A stretch of DNA of 64,000 nucleotides from positions 310,001 to 374,000 of the forward strand of contig NW_026781894.1 of assembly GCF_031769215.1 (NCBI RefSeq), written 5' to 3'. The translations under genes and the position numbers were made by a program. Below the pieces are notes generated by a model that ran no database searches, was not told the DNA's origin, and saw only the letters and a program-made list of their open reading frames with translations. This DNA is from Ylistrum balloti (lineage: Eukaryota). Positions 39,501 to 54,747 of the stretch are shown here, piece by piece. How positions within the stretch are numbered: the first letter of the stretch is position 1; each line of letters opens with the position of its first letter.

Positions 39501-41930
39501 AGAAACGCATGACATCAAGTTAGATAAAAGGTTTTCATTGTTGCATTACATTCGTAATGAATTCCCAATGTTCAATAGATGATTTCTATTCTTACCTGAC
39601 CAAAGTCAACATTTAGTCATATCTCCTGTTCAAAGAGGCATATTATTGGTTTCCTTAAATTGGACACATATTTCAGGCACCTGAACCCAGAATTTTTTAG
39701 ATAAAGTCTCATTCCTATATGTTCAGCGGCTGCTCAAATTTAATTAGGCATAACCTTCCATTCCTCGCTTGCATGTTACTGAAGAACACCTGATGCCTTG
39801 TAGACACATCTTTGCCTGTGAGACGGAGCCCAAAGCATTGATTTTGCTGTGTTATAAATAAAATAAACCCAGTTGTTTTCCTTATTTGGTATGAAAGCAA
39901 CATAAACCCAAACTTAACTTTTCTGTCACGACTAAAACAATACCTTGTCAGAGATGTGTTTAAAAAAATGAAAAATAATAATTAATAAAAACGATAATAA
40001 ATAAATAAAAGCTCCCGAATCTCGAATGTACAATTAATTACTTTGACATGAAAAGGTAACTGATATTCGTATCTTCTCTTGCTTATTTAAACTTAACATA
40101 CAATCCGAATTACATGGAGAATATGATGAAACGGAAGTAATGAAACGGTAAACGTCAGCTTTAGGGGAGTCGACGCTTTTTACCTATTGAATGATGCTCG
40201 GAACCTTTCGTATGTCATAAACATTATCATAAAAATTTCAATACGTTTGCGTCTTAAGGTTTTATGGTCAAATGCGTCCCTTCGTTTTATGGAATAACAA
40301 ATAACCATTATTTTTATAGAGGCAAGGAAACCCGACGGTTTCTGACAGTTTCTTGGTCAATTTCACAGCTTCTAACTCACATATTCGTATATCATTAAGT
40401 ATTAAGAACGATTCTACTATATCCGTCGCTCGGAGGCACCATTGATGGTTCGGATTACGCCAAAGGTTTGTCTGAATGCTATATTTGCTGAAAGGTCACG
40501 GCTATTCGCAGAATAGTCAACTGTAAGACCGCCCGTTCTGGGAGTTCTAATGTCTCCTAATTTTAAAAAAAAAGTATATTTCAATATTATTGCAAATGCC
40601 GTTTAAAATTGACATATGCTGACAAAAGCTTGCTGTGATGTCCGTAATTAAGCCATGGTGTTATCAGCACTACACCACTGTTGCCGGAGGAAACCCCTAA
40701 CAAACTATAACGACCTTCAGAAAATCTGCTAATTATCAGCCAAAATACATCTCAACATAAATCAGCTGTTGTGTAGCATTGAGGAATGGTCTCTAGAAAC
40801 ATAATTAAACCGAACTCAAGCCTCTAGACATTTGATAGATGCCGCTTAAGTCAACTATTTACTCATCAAAGAAGCAATATCTAATATACCACTACCCTAG
40901 AAATAACACCTACCATCACCCGTGATTATTATTCCTCACGTGCCTGGGGCATTTTTACTGAACACGTAGTGTAGAGTTAGTCACGACTCCTTTATATAAC
41001 CCAATAAAATTATTCGTGTTATTAATTGGAAAATGTACACGCCTTTTGCTACAAAATTCAAACAAAACATTCAAATAAGGACAGAAAGATTATTTATGAT
41101 AACGTTAAGAAAAAGGTAAGTTGATATTATTTTAGTCACGACAGATCGATTTTTATGTCGTATTATTTATAGCAGTTTTTATTAACTTTCGTGAATCAAG
41201 GAAATATGATTTATCTATCTCCATACAAAATGAGAAATATTTCCCTAAAATAGATAGTTCAAACAAACAATACTGTATATTTAAACAATATTAAACAAAT
41301 TGTTCGGCTTTTTAAAATACCTTTCCAATCATAAGCATTAATATCATCCTCCATGAGTAATACATGTACGTCCGAGATATGTTTTTCCTTTCGGTCATGG
41401 AATAAGCAGTGAAATATACACGATTAATGATAGACATGTTTACTCTACCGCTAAGAGTGACCGAATATCAACACGTGCTTTTGACCTGGACCGGAAATCT
41501 TCGTTAATGACCGTTCTTGACATTGATTGACTAATAGATACAAATCGTTATGACAGCTTACCAAACAACCCCCTTCCCTCTCAACCACTTCATAAATATA
41601 TCGAGCTTAAGAATAAAGAAGGACTCATTAAAATTAATTTCACATTTGTTGCTAGATAAAGTCAAACATTGTTTCTGTGTTTTATTTTGTAAGCCTGAAA
41701 GGTAGGCCAATACTGAACATTAACATATATATCCATAGATTGTGATGAATCTGTAATCTCGAGATTTCTCATCATGAATATTTTGTATTGTGATGACAAT
41801 GCGGTATTATTACAAATATAAAGACACTATTAAACACCACTTAATTGACTACGTCTTAAATGTATTACTAGCAGTCATTATTGCCCCTTCACGAGGCTCC
41901 GCGTTTTACAAATTTCAATCACTTTCGTGA

Positions 41931-41946
41931 CCGGCAGGTGGCGCTA
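41931..41946 (+). promoter_or_regulatory. Candidate CTCF-binding site CCGGCAGGTGGCGCTA
   Basis: Matches the bilaterian CTCF core CC(A/G)(C/G)(C/T)AG(A/G)(G/T)GGC(A/G)(C/G) at every position, in an otherwise AT-rich background. Motif match only. Confidence 0.45.
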
Positions 41947-42909
41947 CACCGAACAGTAATCAGTACTACTATTGGTAAAATACCTTCAAGCTTGACGAAA
42001 CGTCAATCTGGCCGCATTGTTGACTCTCAACCAACTAAGCCTAATTCCAAATCTTAATGATGCTTATCGGTATTATTAAACATTTGAATGGACACTATTA
42101 CAATTGCATTGCGGAAATTCATTATTTATCAGTGACCAACCAATTCATTGCATGCAATTCCTACCTATATCGGATTAAAATCAATGATTTCGTTCTCCCG
42201 GTCCCTGTTCCTATTTCAACTGAAGGCATGGCGCATTTAGTACACAGAAATGTAACAAAGACAAAACATCCTTTGTCCAAATTAGTTTCTTTCCCGTGCA
42301 CAGATATGTTGATTTCCGGAAAAAAAACACTGGCGCCACAAAGAAATTAAAGACGATGCTTTTGTTTTGCAATCGGCCCAATTTCGACCATTTCATTTAA
42401 GCACTATACATGCACCAATTGCATAGAGGTAACTAGAATCGTTAGGTCTACAAAAAAGTAAGATTTTTTTTCAGAAATCTTGTAGGTACATGTCTAGGGA
42501 AAACAGTTCATGAAAATATCAAGTACGGTTCGTATGCCCGATGCGATAAAAGGTTTACTGAAGATTGCGCAAAGAGAGGCGGTTTTCCGGGATATATTGG
42601 AACATCAGTCGATCTTTTTTCTTTGAAGGTTATATAGAATAATCTATCAATACTTATCATCGTTACTTTGTGTGTCGAAATAGGATCATTTTACAAGATA
42701 TCACATGTCTGTCAACCTCTTACATCTACACTAAGGGGGCCTATCACTGTATTAAGTTTTATTCAGGTGTCTGATATGCAGCATCTGAAAATCTGGAGTG
42801 TCATTGTAGCTGCACTTTACATCTTAACCATAAATTAGTTTGCCTAAAGTGAACAACAGTACATGTGACAGTTCAAAAGTGGGTTTTGTCCGAAGAATTA
42901 TGTATCTGT

Positions 42910-43320
42910 AAGTTGGATTTAACTCCCATCAACAACCAGGGTCATTTCGGTGCGATGCGAGATCTCCTTGCAGTAGCTGATTGCTATATTACTATATGAA
43001 ATAAGAGAATCTCATTAAATGTCGTTTACAGCAATCGCGGTTAGGTGTCTTCGTTATGGACACAACATAATTAGCAGAGACCTGTCCTTTCTCAGCTTCA
43101 TGAGAAACACAACCGCCCCAGGGGGATCCAGAATCTCAGGAGAGGGTTGAATCATATGCATTTGTGATTGGTGAGTTTATCGTCGCTTAGGGTACCACAA
43201 ATATCTTAAATCGCAGTTTTAAGAAATAATGTGTCAGAGAATGATTTGTTTGTTCTGTTTGCTGGATTTAATGACCCGTCAACAACCAGCCATTTTGATG
43301 CGGGATCGTCTTGTAATATC
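42910..43320. repeat. Two decayed SINE-like fragments
   Basis: ggatttaactcccatcaacaaccagggtcatttcgg near 42915 resembles ggatttaatgacccgtcaacaaccagccatttt near 43265. Confidence 0.4.
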
Positions 43321-44199
43321 TGGTGGTTACGTCACTGAATTACATCCTCTCGTGACATCTAAAGCAATTAAAGCTTAATATGTTGCTAATAGTTACAGCA
43401 AAAACATTACAGACCAGCACATACCGCCCGAAGAAGAGATCGTCTGGCCACACATCAAAGATCCAGGATGAGGATATGTCGGCTATACTGTTGTGGTCCC
43501 TCAAATATATTTATTTTCCCTAACCGCACATGGCAAGATAGAAACAGAGGAATATTGGCACCTACAAGTCAATGACCTACTTTAATCTAAACAAGATTGA
43601 TCCTTTCTCTACTTTTTCCTTCTTTCCACTTACCAACTTAATCATTTGATAAGAGGGATACCCTACCTTTAACGTCCTAGGAGGATCTAACAAGATAAAG
43701 CGACATCACACCTCAATTGTTATGAGAGATTCCAGAGGAACCTTTGTTGGTTTTATACAAAACTGATATTTTTTCACTTTCCCCTTCTTTTCACTTATCG
43801 TCTTGATCTTTTGATCTAAAACGAATGACAATTAGAGACAATTAACTTCAACTGTCGTCAGTGATCAAAGAGGGATTTGTTAATACGGTATAATAAAATA
43901 TATATTATTTAAGAGGGATTTGTTTCCTAGGTTTTATGCACGACTGACCTTTCCTCGACTTTTCCATGCTCTTAATCATTTGATGACAAGGGAATTCGAC
44001 ATATCAAATCTTAAAACGATGTCTCTGGTTAACCATTTTGCTGCCTTGAGCAGATAATTAAAATGGATACAACCTTGGACGAAGAGAACCCGCGTTTTTA
44101 GTTTGAGAAATGTTTTTCCTGAACTTTTAAGCTTAAAATCCAAGATAGCCGCATGTTACCTTGTTTCACTGATCAGTTTCAAATAAAATAAATGTAACT

Positions 44200-44430
44200 C
44201 AGCTCAGGAAAATGGGAAACATACATATGAAGTTTGAGGATATCCATCCAGTTCAATAGCAGCAATTGTTCCCACCGATCAGACTCGAAATTCGATGGTC
44301 ACAACTAAGGACAAAATGGAACACCCACATGAAGTTTGAGAAATATCCATGAAGTGCAGGCAAGAAATAGCGATAATCAGAAATGTTTATGGACGAACGA
44401 CGGACCATAAACGAAGGATGATTTTAGAGC
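44200..44430 (+). mobile_element. Helentron/HINE-like fragment
   Basis: Duplicated catatgaagtttgaggatatccat / cacatgaagtttgagaaatatccat, followed by a ggacgaacgacggac microsatellite-like tail. Confidence 0.4.
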
Positions 44431-47400
44431 ATTCTTGCATGACCTATCCATTGCTATCAATCAAACCCTTCTGCCGAGAGTTATGTCCCTTTAATATCGT
44501 GGGTCGTTGAATGTCGATCAGATGAGATGTTTGTTGAAAACATTACATTTCTTACGGCGGAAGAACACTAATTAACAAGGTTAGATCAAGGGATAGTTGT
44601 TCATTTTAGCACGTGGCACGTGGGTTAAAAAAATTACTTATCTATATATAGCAATCACACCTGTTTCTTAGCTGTTCATTTCAATACTTAATTGTGGGGT
44701 CTATATTATATAACGTACTGTAAAGAAACCATGTTATTCTACTTAAATAACATAAGTATGGGACCAGCATGTAAAGGAATTTCGAGATTATAAAACCGAT
44801 TCTCATTTTGAAAACGTAGCATTATTTGGATTGACCTTAATTTACATGGTAGTTATCGTCAATTAATTATACAACTTGCGCTTTTGGAACACCTAGTCTT
44901 GTTTTCTTATGTTAGTATCACTGACTGAAGATTTCTAGCGGTATCATGTCTTTCAAAGTAGACTTCTCTAATACTTAGAACTAAGATATAAGAGTTTATT
45001 AAAGACTTGATACATTATGGATCCAGTGTCTGGCAGACTTCATAAAGTGGCAGTTATATAAACCTATGATGTGTAAGGTGTTTAGACTTCGTAATCTCGT
45101 TTATATTTTCTCTAAATATTTCAATGTCTATTGATAATTTTAGGAGCCTTTAGCTTAAATGCAAAATAATGGTATTTGTATACATATATCTCTCCTCACT
45201 TGCTTGATATGAGATCGATTTTAAAGAATCTCTAAAGTCATAGATAATTGTGTAACTTAGCAGGTACCAATTAGGTAAAAATGATATTTCATTTCAGATA
45301 AAATGTTTCGAAAGGAAAATTTGTGTAACAGCGAGGAGATTGTACAGTTTTCCTATTATAATTTTACAAACATCAGTGTTTCCTTGGAAACCATGCTATT
45401 ATCATTTCCCTTTTTCTTCCTTGTGATTAAAAACTATCTTCCCAATCAATGGTATTAGAAGTCGTTAAATTATTCTTATTTTCATTTCTTCTTTGAGGAA
45501 AACAAATATATAATCGCTGAGAAGAAGTAAAATTTCAAGGTGAAAACAAACATAAATATCCACTTTTGCGTGTTGATCAAGACACTTCTATTTAGAATGA
45601 CGAACACCAGTACAAACCGCCCTGCAGTTGACAGTCAGGATATTGCTGTAGGATACATAAAGGGCTGTGAGGTATATGATGCTCCAGTTAATTTAAACAG
45701 TGTTGTTTACATGGATAGGGAAGGTGGAATACAGCAGCGACTTGTAACCAGCGTGGATGTTGTGACCTGTTGGGATATTAAACAGCGTGAGATTGATGTC
45801 GTTAATGGATGATGTACAGGGTTTGACTCCTGAAACTTATTGATATTGATCAGGAGTGAGAAGAGATGCCCTGGTCATGCCACGTGACTGCTGTCAAGTT
45901 AAGTAGCTCCTACTGTTTCCTCTGTGCTACAATACCTGAATATCTCGGAACAAATCTGCATACAAATCTGTATATATTTACTGCTATCTACTTACAGTGT
46001 GTTCGTTCATCCCGTTTCACGCAAATAAATGAGATTTGGTGCAGGTTCACGTTGAAATGGAAACATTCTGTAAGATAAAAGGACGTGGTAATGCCAAAAT
46101 ACATTTTAAAAAAAAATCCCTGATATAAAGTAGAAATAACATGAAATGATAAGGAATGTTAACTTTCTGGAGACAGATTTACTGTTTTAATTTACTGAGA
46201 CAGTCATGATCAATAAACCTATTAAAAGTATATGAAAAGACAATCCAATACTCTCATATCATATATACGACAAAAACAAAACCATGGGCCTTATGTATTT
46301 AATAACGGCAAAACTATTTACAGAAGTTTTAAAGAGTTCATAATCTTAATTCTAATGAACAATGTTTTAATCATTTTTTTCATTCCAAGTTCGAAAATGA
46401 AATGACGGAAACGTGGCTGTTTGATCTTTTATCAATTCTTTAATTTGTTTTTGTGTTATCGGTTATCGTAATATCTGTGAACGCATTCGAAATTACTGGC
46501 AATGTCGTGCTGAATTCCGTTATGATGTAATTTAAGAACCTGAAACTTATCAGACAAACAAATAGGATTTTCTTAATGTTAAAATACAATTAGTTACGGA
46601 TGCTACACCTATGATCTACAGCAAAAACTATATCCAACCATCCCGATTAGTGCGGTTAAACTAATCTTGTGTAAAATGTCTCAATACATATGCTTTTAGA
46701 AAAAGACTCGAGTTGCACTTTAAAGAAATAAATATTGATATATCAGTGCTGTTTTTCCTTAATGGTACAGCTTATGCTGCCAAGAAGGGCTCCAGAGCAG
46801 GACCCGGCGGACATTATCCCAAAGTTATAGAGTGCCGTTTTTATAATGAGATTTTCTTCATCAGACGTCTTTTTGGAATCGATTATACGAACAGATTGCC
46901 GTAGTGGACTTTAGACGTCCGTAATTGGTACCATTGCCTATATTTCCCAATATAAATTACCTAGATCAATACGTGTACAGACTGTGATTCGTTTATTTCT
47001 ATTGAGCAGGGACCGAACGTTTGGAAGTTCAGCTTTGTATAGGGTTCTAAGGAAATACGTATACAATATACACTGACATTGTATAGCAATATCGAATATT
47101 AGTATACCAGCCAACGTTAAGCCACGTGGATACCACACCATTTGCGGTATATGGACTGAGTGCAAAAGCAGATAATCAGCAGGTTACAATGATAAAACAA
47201 ACCTGAACAGTAAATGCTGCCGGATATCCTAGGGCAAATTCCTACATGTTACATAGCAACACGTGAATAACGTAATGCCTGGACAATTTATAAAATAAGT
47301 TTAAAAGATGCGCACATCTGCAAACTTGCAATATTACCTTTGAAAAAAAAAATCCTTGAAAGTAATTGCTACATAAATGATGAAAATATCTACAAAACCC

Positions 47401-50400
47401 GGAAGGATATCGCGATACGAACATTTAAAAACATGCATTTACCCAAGGAGAATCATTAACATATACATTACTTAAAGCGTTGGTGATTTATGTTTGAAAC
47501 AGCAGTTCAGATACAAAATCATTATGCACACAAGATGCAGTTAGATATTCTGTTTATTCCTTTTAAAAAATTCTCTCTTGTAATCTGCATCAGGCTTTTT
47601 TGTTTTTTATTTGTCAGATTTACAAGAAAAAAAAGTTCTCTGGTTTTATTTCTGATTTTTTTTAGAATGTGATATTTTTCATTAGCAACAAATGAAGTAA
47701 TATATAAAACTATCCTCATTTTGATATTTCAGAAAATCGCTTATCCGGAATTTGTCCCAAGGAGCCATACATTTTCCTCCCGTTCTGATCCCCATTCCCC
47801 CAGATTGGCCGCTAAGTATGCCACTGCCATACATACTGCTTCGTGTGTACTAGTCAGACGACAGAACTAAAGATGATCTGTAAAAACCTACATTTAAATC
47901 GAGTAGACCAAGAGATCATTACAGCCTCCGACTACAATACAGGTAATAACGAATGTTTCCCTGTGATAATGAAGGTTGGCGTTTTAACATTAAAGGCATG
48001 CCAGACTTGAAGGTCACTGATGAAGAACCCAGACTTCCCTGCTGTCAGATCAGTCACGTTTTTGTGAAATAAATTGGTAGATGATACATTTGTTATAGAT
48101 GTTCCCTGCTGGTCTTATTGATATATAGATCAGCAGTTCAAATAACAGACAGCTTGGCCAACTTAATTTACCTTTGAAATTGTGTTGGGGAAATGTGTTG
48201 TTTGTATTACCAGCATAAATTACCAACCAAATAACAACAATGAATGAAAGAAAAGCAATTATCAGTCCGTTCATATTGATTAGCAAAGAGGATGTGTTTT
48301 AAAAAACGGATCATCTCCGCGCTAACGTCTTAGATTTCAACAAATACCCTAGCGCTGTTTTCTCATTATCCAATTTGAATTCATTTTGCAGTCGTAATAA
48401 TTTTTCTTGTTGAGATGTTAAAATGAGGAAGACATGCTGGACTAAACATCCTTAACATGAGTTTTTTTTAATTCATTACAATGGTATCTTTTAATTCTCT
48501 TTAAAGAACCAGCGTCTAAATGAACTAATTATCGCGAAAAGTTATCTTGTTTGCACATTTCTAAACAATTTTCCCCAAGTAGATTGATCCACAATATCAC
48601 TTGCTGAGAAGCTATTATTGTTGTGTTGTTTTTAACAGAATACTGCCGAGTTTTTCTTGTGCCATTATCTAAATTGCTACAAAACAAATTAATTCGAGTT
48701 AATAAGGACAGCTATTGCTCATAACTCGAAAACAGAAACTCGGTCCGAATATGTCCGTTTATGTACAAAATGTATGACTATTTCAACAGACATGTTACAC
48801 ATAACTACGTCCTATCGTCACGTTGATCGTGTACATGAAGCGTTCTGGATTTGTGAAAAAATCATCGAGAAACGGTAAGGACAAGTCTTCGTTCATTTAT
48901 GAATATTTGATTTGGGCGAAAATTTGAAGGAAAATTAGAGACGTTTTGAGGATGATAATCAAAAGAGCATTAAAAATTTACTCAAACTTCTTCACTTTCT
49001 CTTTTAATTTATGGGGGAGGGGGGGGGGGCAGGATGATGTTATGAATACAAAGTAAAGTACAATAAACTATCACTAATGTTTGTTAGAACTTGAGTATGA
49101 TATGCATAATTTTATTGAATTTCATGGTTTGAAATAAGCCTACATAGCCGGCCATCCAATGTATTATTCTGTAATGCTATCCTTGTACTTTACTCTCGGG
49201 TCAACATTGGGTATTTCTAGATGTAAAATCATTAAAATCCACACTCTCAATTAAATTTTGGAAGAACGTTACCCTTAAAATAAATCTTAATTTCAAAAAG
49301 CAATAACCTTGTTTAAGCATAGATGAGAAATATTGTGATTGGAGCGTGCCAGGAGTGTAGAATACAGTCTCGCCATATTGATGACGTCATTCAAGATAAT
49401 TACCCAACTGACCGAATGTCTAGACTTTCATTGAGGGTAGTAACGAGAGAGCAAGATTTGGATCCTTGATATAAATCAGTTGTAGGTATCAGCATTCATT
49501 TCCGGTCATTCGTGATGTATTCGCATATAGGTTTCATATAGTAGAATCCTCAACACACCTGGTATATGACTTCATTAGAATGACAAAAGGGACACATGAT
49601 GTTTTGTCTCGGCAATGAATCGTCTGAAATCTCATTACGTCATAGATCTGGACACGTCACATACATACCCGTATACCCGTAATTTGTGTTGGCAAAGGCA
49701 CACCGTTCCCCATTCCCTGAGGGGTGAAACTATACGAAAGAAACACTAATTAAGCAAGGTTCGGTGTTAATTCGAAAATTGTTGCATTAAAATTATTTTA
49801 GTAATAACCGATCAATTTTTAAACACCCGTGATCGCTATTTAACCATAACGTTTAGTGTTCAATCCGTAATATCAGCTACGTGTATGTTTGCACAATGTA
49901 CGAATGAAGGTTTTGGTGCGTTGCACGTTACTACAACTGTATCAGATGATGAAACCTCGATGTTCCAAGTGATAACATTTAGATGGTTCAAACGATTGAA
50001 TATAAATTTCAACCCGTGAACAAAAGGAGTTTCGAGGAGACTTATGGAATGTGAAAAATAAAGTTGGCAGGCAGTTAAAATGAAGAAACGAACTCTGTGA
50101 TTGATATTGCTTTAAATTAATGAAAACTTATTCTCTAAAGTGATAAAAAGATAAGGAAAATGAATGGTTTTAGGCAGTAAAAGCGAGTCGCAAGGTAAAG
50201 AACAGAATATTAATCTTGTTTAGATGTTAACGAACCGAGAAGTAAAATAATGCTTTGTTTGAAATAAAAATATATATCTATAAGAGACCCACTAGACCCA
50301 CTAAGCACTCTCTTTAGCGTTTACGACCCCTCACTGATTCTTCACTCAAAGTTTATCTGCTACTTCCTTCTGGAAACTAGAACGTTATAGACTATCACCC

Positions 50401-52573
50401 TAGCGTTGGCCTTGAGAATATTATGATAAAGGCACTGGAATTTCTTGTATATCGATGCAGCCTTGTGGTTGTTCAGATCATTTAGATCGTCCTCAGTGTG
50501 TTGTTGCGGGGTTTATTGATATCCCAATCTTGAACTGAAGTCTGCAAGGTCTAATATATATATAGTGGGCAAAAATTTTATCAACCGGTATTTATTGATC
50601 TAGAATACATTTTCCCTCCTAAGCAGGAACTATCTATGAATATCTGCTTGGAACATACAGTCACCCAGAGTTACATTTATATCTGTATTTTGCAATAGGG
50701 GAATTAAAACATCTTCAAATATTAACCTTATCAAAGTACAAAGCTGTCCCTGTTACTTTCGCAGTAAAAAAGATCGAGAAAGCGGTCGATATAGAATAGC
50801 CTATTGTGTCCTTGGTTTCGAGTTCCATAAGGTTTTTACCTCAAACCTAAAGTCACCAACTATGAAAATTGAAGTACAGTCATGTCTCTATTGTAATTAA
50901 GGGAGACAGAATGTTGAAGTATTTAATCATCTCGTAGTTTAACGTCAATTATATTCATTCATGATTTTTTTTGTTCGAGCGACTAAATTGAAACCATGAA
51001 ACTCAACCTCGCCTGATTGTATGGCAATATCGTTAAGTCTAATGTTAAGGTCAAGGTCAGTGTTAAAATCTTTTAATATCTTGTATAGCTTTATGAAGAG
51101 AAGTTAATCAAATATTGTACAAAAGACACACACATGAATCTATTTAGAATGCAATATAGTAGTGCCATTTTGCATTTTGTTTCGCCTAGGACTCGTCAAT
51201 GTTACTTAACTGGTTTTGAAACACAAGAAAATAAGATAAGTGATCGAAAAATGTGATGATCAAGATAAGAAGGCGCATTAGTTACATAATTCAATGAATT
51301 CTATGATTTTCATAGGTTCTATAACTTCATTAGAATGTCAAGAACATGTGTATATTCTAAATAGTGACACTATTTGAATGAATTCAAACTTGACATGCTG
51401 GTTACGACAAAAGCAAGAGGCATGTCACTCGATTAAAAGGCAATGTAAAATTACTAATAGAATTGTCACATTTTAAAATGTCAGGTTTAAAAAAGGTTAA
51501 AATAATAATTGTATTGGTAAAGAATTGTTTATAATTACAAGAAAAATTGTTTGCCTAAATGGAAAATGATGTTTCGTATATCTATTTGTTATGTTGTAAT
51601 GACATACTGAATCAATAGTTAAGAATATACGTCAAACGACAAGGCCTTGCTCATCTCCAAGTTGTTTAATGACTAATGAATATGTGAAATGTTCTAAACG
51701 CAGGGAAATCTAAAATGTTTGGTTTTCTTCACAAACGGCAATTTTCGTGTTACAAAGTTATTTTGATCTACATGTATGCGTGCCATAAAAAACCTTATCA
51801 CAGGACTCCTAGAATCAATTGCAAATACATAATCCTAAACGTAAACGCATTGGTAACCATAAAGCAACAGTTTCATATCTTTTAGAATACAATCATAGTT
51901 CCCTTTCATAATATAACAGGTTGATGGTGGCCCCGAGTTCAAATATACATGTTTTTAACACTTTGCTATTTAAAATTTCCATACGCTATCATTTGGTTAC
52001 ACTCTTGAAACTGTTTCTAATCCAACTACTTTTTACTACAGTTTTCATAATAACTGCTGCGTAATATATATGGGCCCAAAAACGATAATCTAATCAAATC
52101 AAAACCGAGTTCAAATGATTAAGGACCAAAGTGTCAACATTCAGTGTCTAAGTGAGCAGTAAAGGCTTTTTTGCAGTTCATCACAAACTATATGCTTTTC
52201 AGTTTGGATTTATCTTTTATTTGGACGCATTTCGCTCCAGTTGACTCATCGGTTTTGTTGAATTTCGTAGAGAGTGTATGTTATTAGTCATTATTCATAA
52301 TTCACACTCAAATTCAATAAATGTAGGGGGAAATTATATACAAAAATAAGATGTACACGGAGACACTTGAAAAAAGCACACTTAGAAACAAGAGGCCCAT
52401 GGTCCTTAACGGTCATGTGACATAAAATACAAGATTTCAAATTTTGATCTTGAGAAGAAGTCGAAAATGTGTTTTTAAGATGGCGTCCATGTTAGATTTC
52501 GGACCAACCCGAAATTTACAAGCTTTGGTCAAGATCAGTACAAAAGCCGATCGCAATGGGTCATAAAAACCAG

Positions 52574-54716
52574 GGCCCGTATTCACGAAGCCGTTTTCAT
52601 GCTCAAAATAATGCATTCACACTTTTTCTTCTTATGCGCAAGTCGTATCCACGCAAATCTTGTGCTCAAGATTGAGAGCACGTTCTCAAATGTTCTTGAT
52701 ATCTTGCTCAGGATATCATTCTCATCATGGTGGCAGGACGATTAGTTCATAAGAAGATAGAGAGTTTAATCAAATGCCTAGAGTGTACTGTGTTTCTAGA
52801 TCATCAATAACCCACGAACGTTACGAAGAAATGTTCTACTGCGGATTCTGGCCGGTTACTATGACGTAACATGAAGGCAGTCTGTACGCATTTACTTAAC
52901 ATTTACTTTAAGTTACCGCTTCATTCGACAATAAGACTATGAATAGTTCTGTTGCATGTTTGCAGTACTTTGGGGGATATTACCAGGTTTAGTGGGATAT
53001 CTTATCGTTATTTCCTATAGTTTGACTATACATGAAGTTATGAGAATCGTGAGTCTTTCCCCGAGGCCTTTAGTATCCTGAAGGGGTTGTCTGAATAACG
53101 ACCAAACAAGAATTTGAAGCGAATAAAGATTTTATGCAGAGAATGCCATCGTAAATTTAAACTACCTTCACCTGGCATTATTTCTGCATGCGATTTGAAA
53201 GTCTATGAAAGGACATTGCAGTTTGTTTCTTATGACTGTGCTTTGAGCATGTAAAGCGATAGATATCAAACCAAGCTTTCTTTCGACTGGATGTTAAGGT
53301 TATGATGCGTGTGTATTAGCTAGATAGACGTCTTTACTGATAACTGCATTGTTAACTATTTATTGTTTATAATGGACATGAGAACTGTATTAACACATTT
53401 TTTTCAATTTTTTTCGAAAAATGTACATTATTCAACAGTATCTTATTATTGAATACATAGATATATATTAATACACTAAACAAACAAAACAAAATGTTAA
53501 ACATCAAGTCTGTATCAGTTCTGAGTTTTTTCCAAAAGAAAAGACAGCCAACATCACAGATAAATGTACAGAACATTGCTTACCTTATTCTTTGGCACTA
53601 ACATAAGTTTACCATTCACAAATGACCTACAAAATGTAGTTGGAATCTACAGACATTTCCTCAGAATAATAAGACTTTTTTAAGTGTCAAACTTCACATA
53701 CAAAAATGGCTGACAAATTGCAAAGTTAAATGAAAATTTCAGCTTCAAACTTAGAGTGAAAAAGGCTGCTAATCTTATGATATTCGAAATTCTTAAACTT
53801 CATGTGTCCTACTAAAGACAGTAAAGCTATATTTCAAAACTTGTTGTCTTTTGCTAAATTTCTTCTATTAGCCTGTTGGAGACATCTTCTTCACCTCTGA
53901 AATATATTATATAAATTTTACATTAATTTTACAATACACATCTCACGATACTACACAATATTTGCACCTGTGTGTGTTATCAATTTGATCTAAACATTTC
54001 AGACTAAAATGATTCAACGCTTTGCTATTTGTTAAGGATGATTCCTTATATGCTAATATCAAAATAAGATTTAACAAAGGTCTAATATTACTTTGGCTTT
54101 ACAAAACACTTGCCCCATAAACAGTAACAGAAACTGCAATGAAATTTACCTCTCCTAAGAGGAATTGCAATAACCTATGTCAGAGAATTCAAAATTTCAA
54201 TGAATATTAAAAAGCCTTATAAAAACAGGTCTTGTTACCAATAAATAAGTTCTCAGGAATAGAACCATATCCCGGAGTCAATTTTCATATCATAATAGTG
54301 TTTGTCTTTTGATGCCCAGTAATTGTTTCAATCCAGAACACAATATTCAATATTAGCATCATTATCTTTTTTTGTAACAAACATACATGTAAATGTAACA
54401 TGCATGGCATTTATTGCAAAAAATGTGCAATAACATTTTAGATTGTCTCAACTTGATAGCTGATGGATAAAATCCCATCTTTTTCATGATCGTTTCTTGT
54501 TTTAGTTGTGATATATACAGTCCTCATTTTCTGTTTTATTCTGTTGTTTGATGTAATTTTATGCTTTCAGAAATTATATGAGCTATATGTTTTAATTTAC
54601 GGAAGCATATATAGTATTCCACTAGAAGCTCTAAAAAGTTTATTTCATATATGTGCCCCATATATATTATACAAAAATAAAGATTTTCGGTTGTCTAGGT
54701 AAAATAATGTGTACCC

Positions 54717-54747
<31 letters not shown>

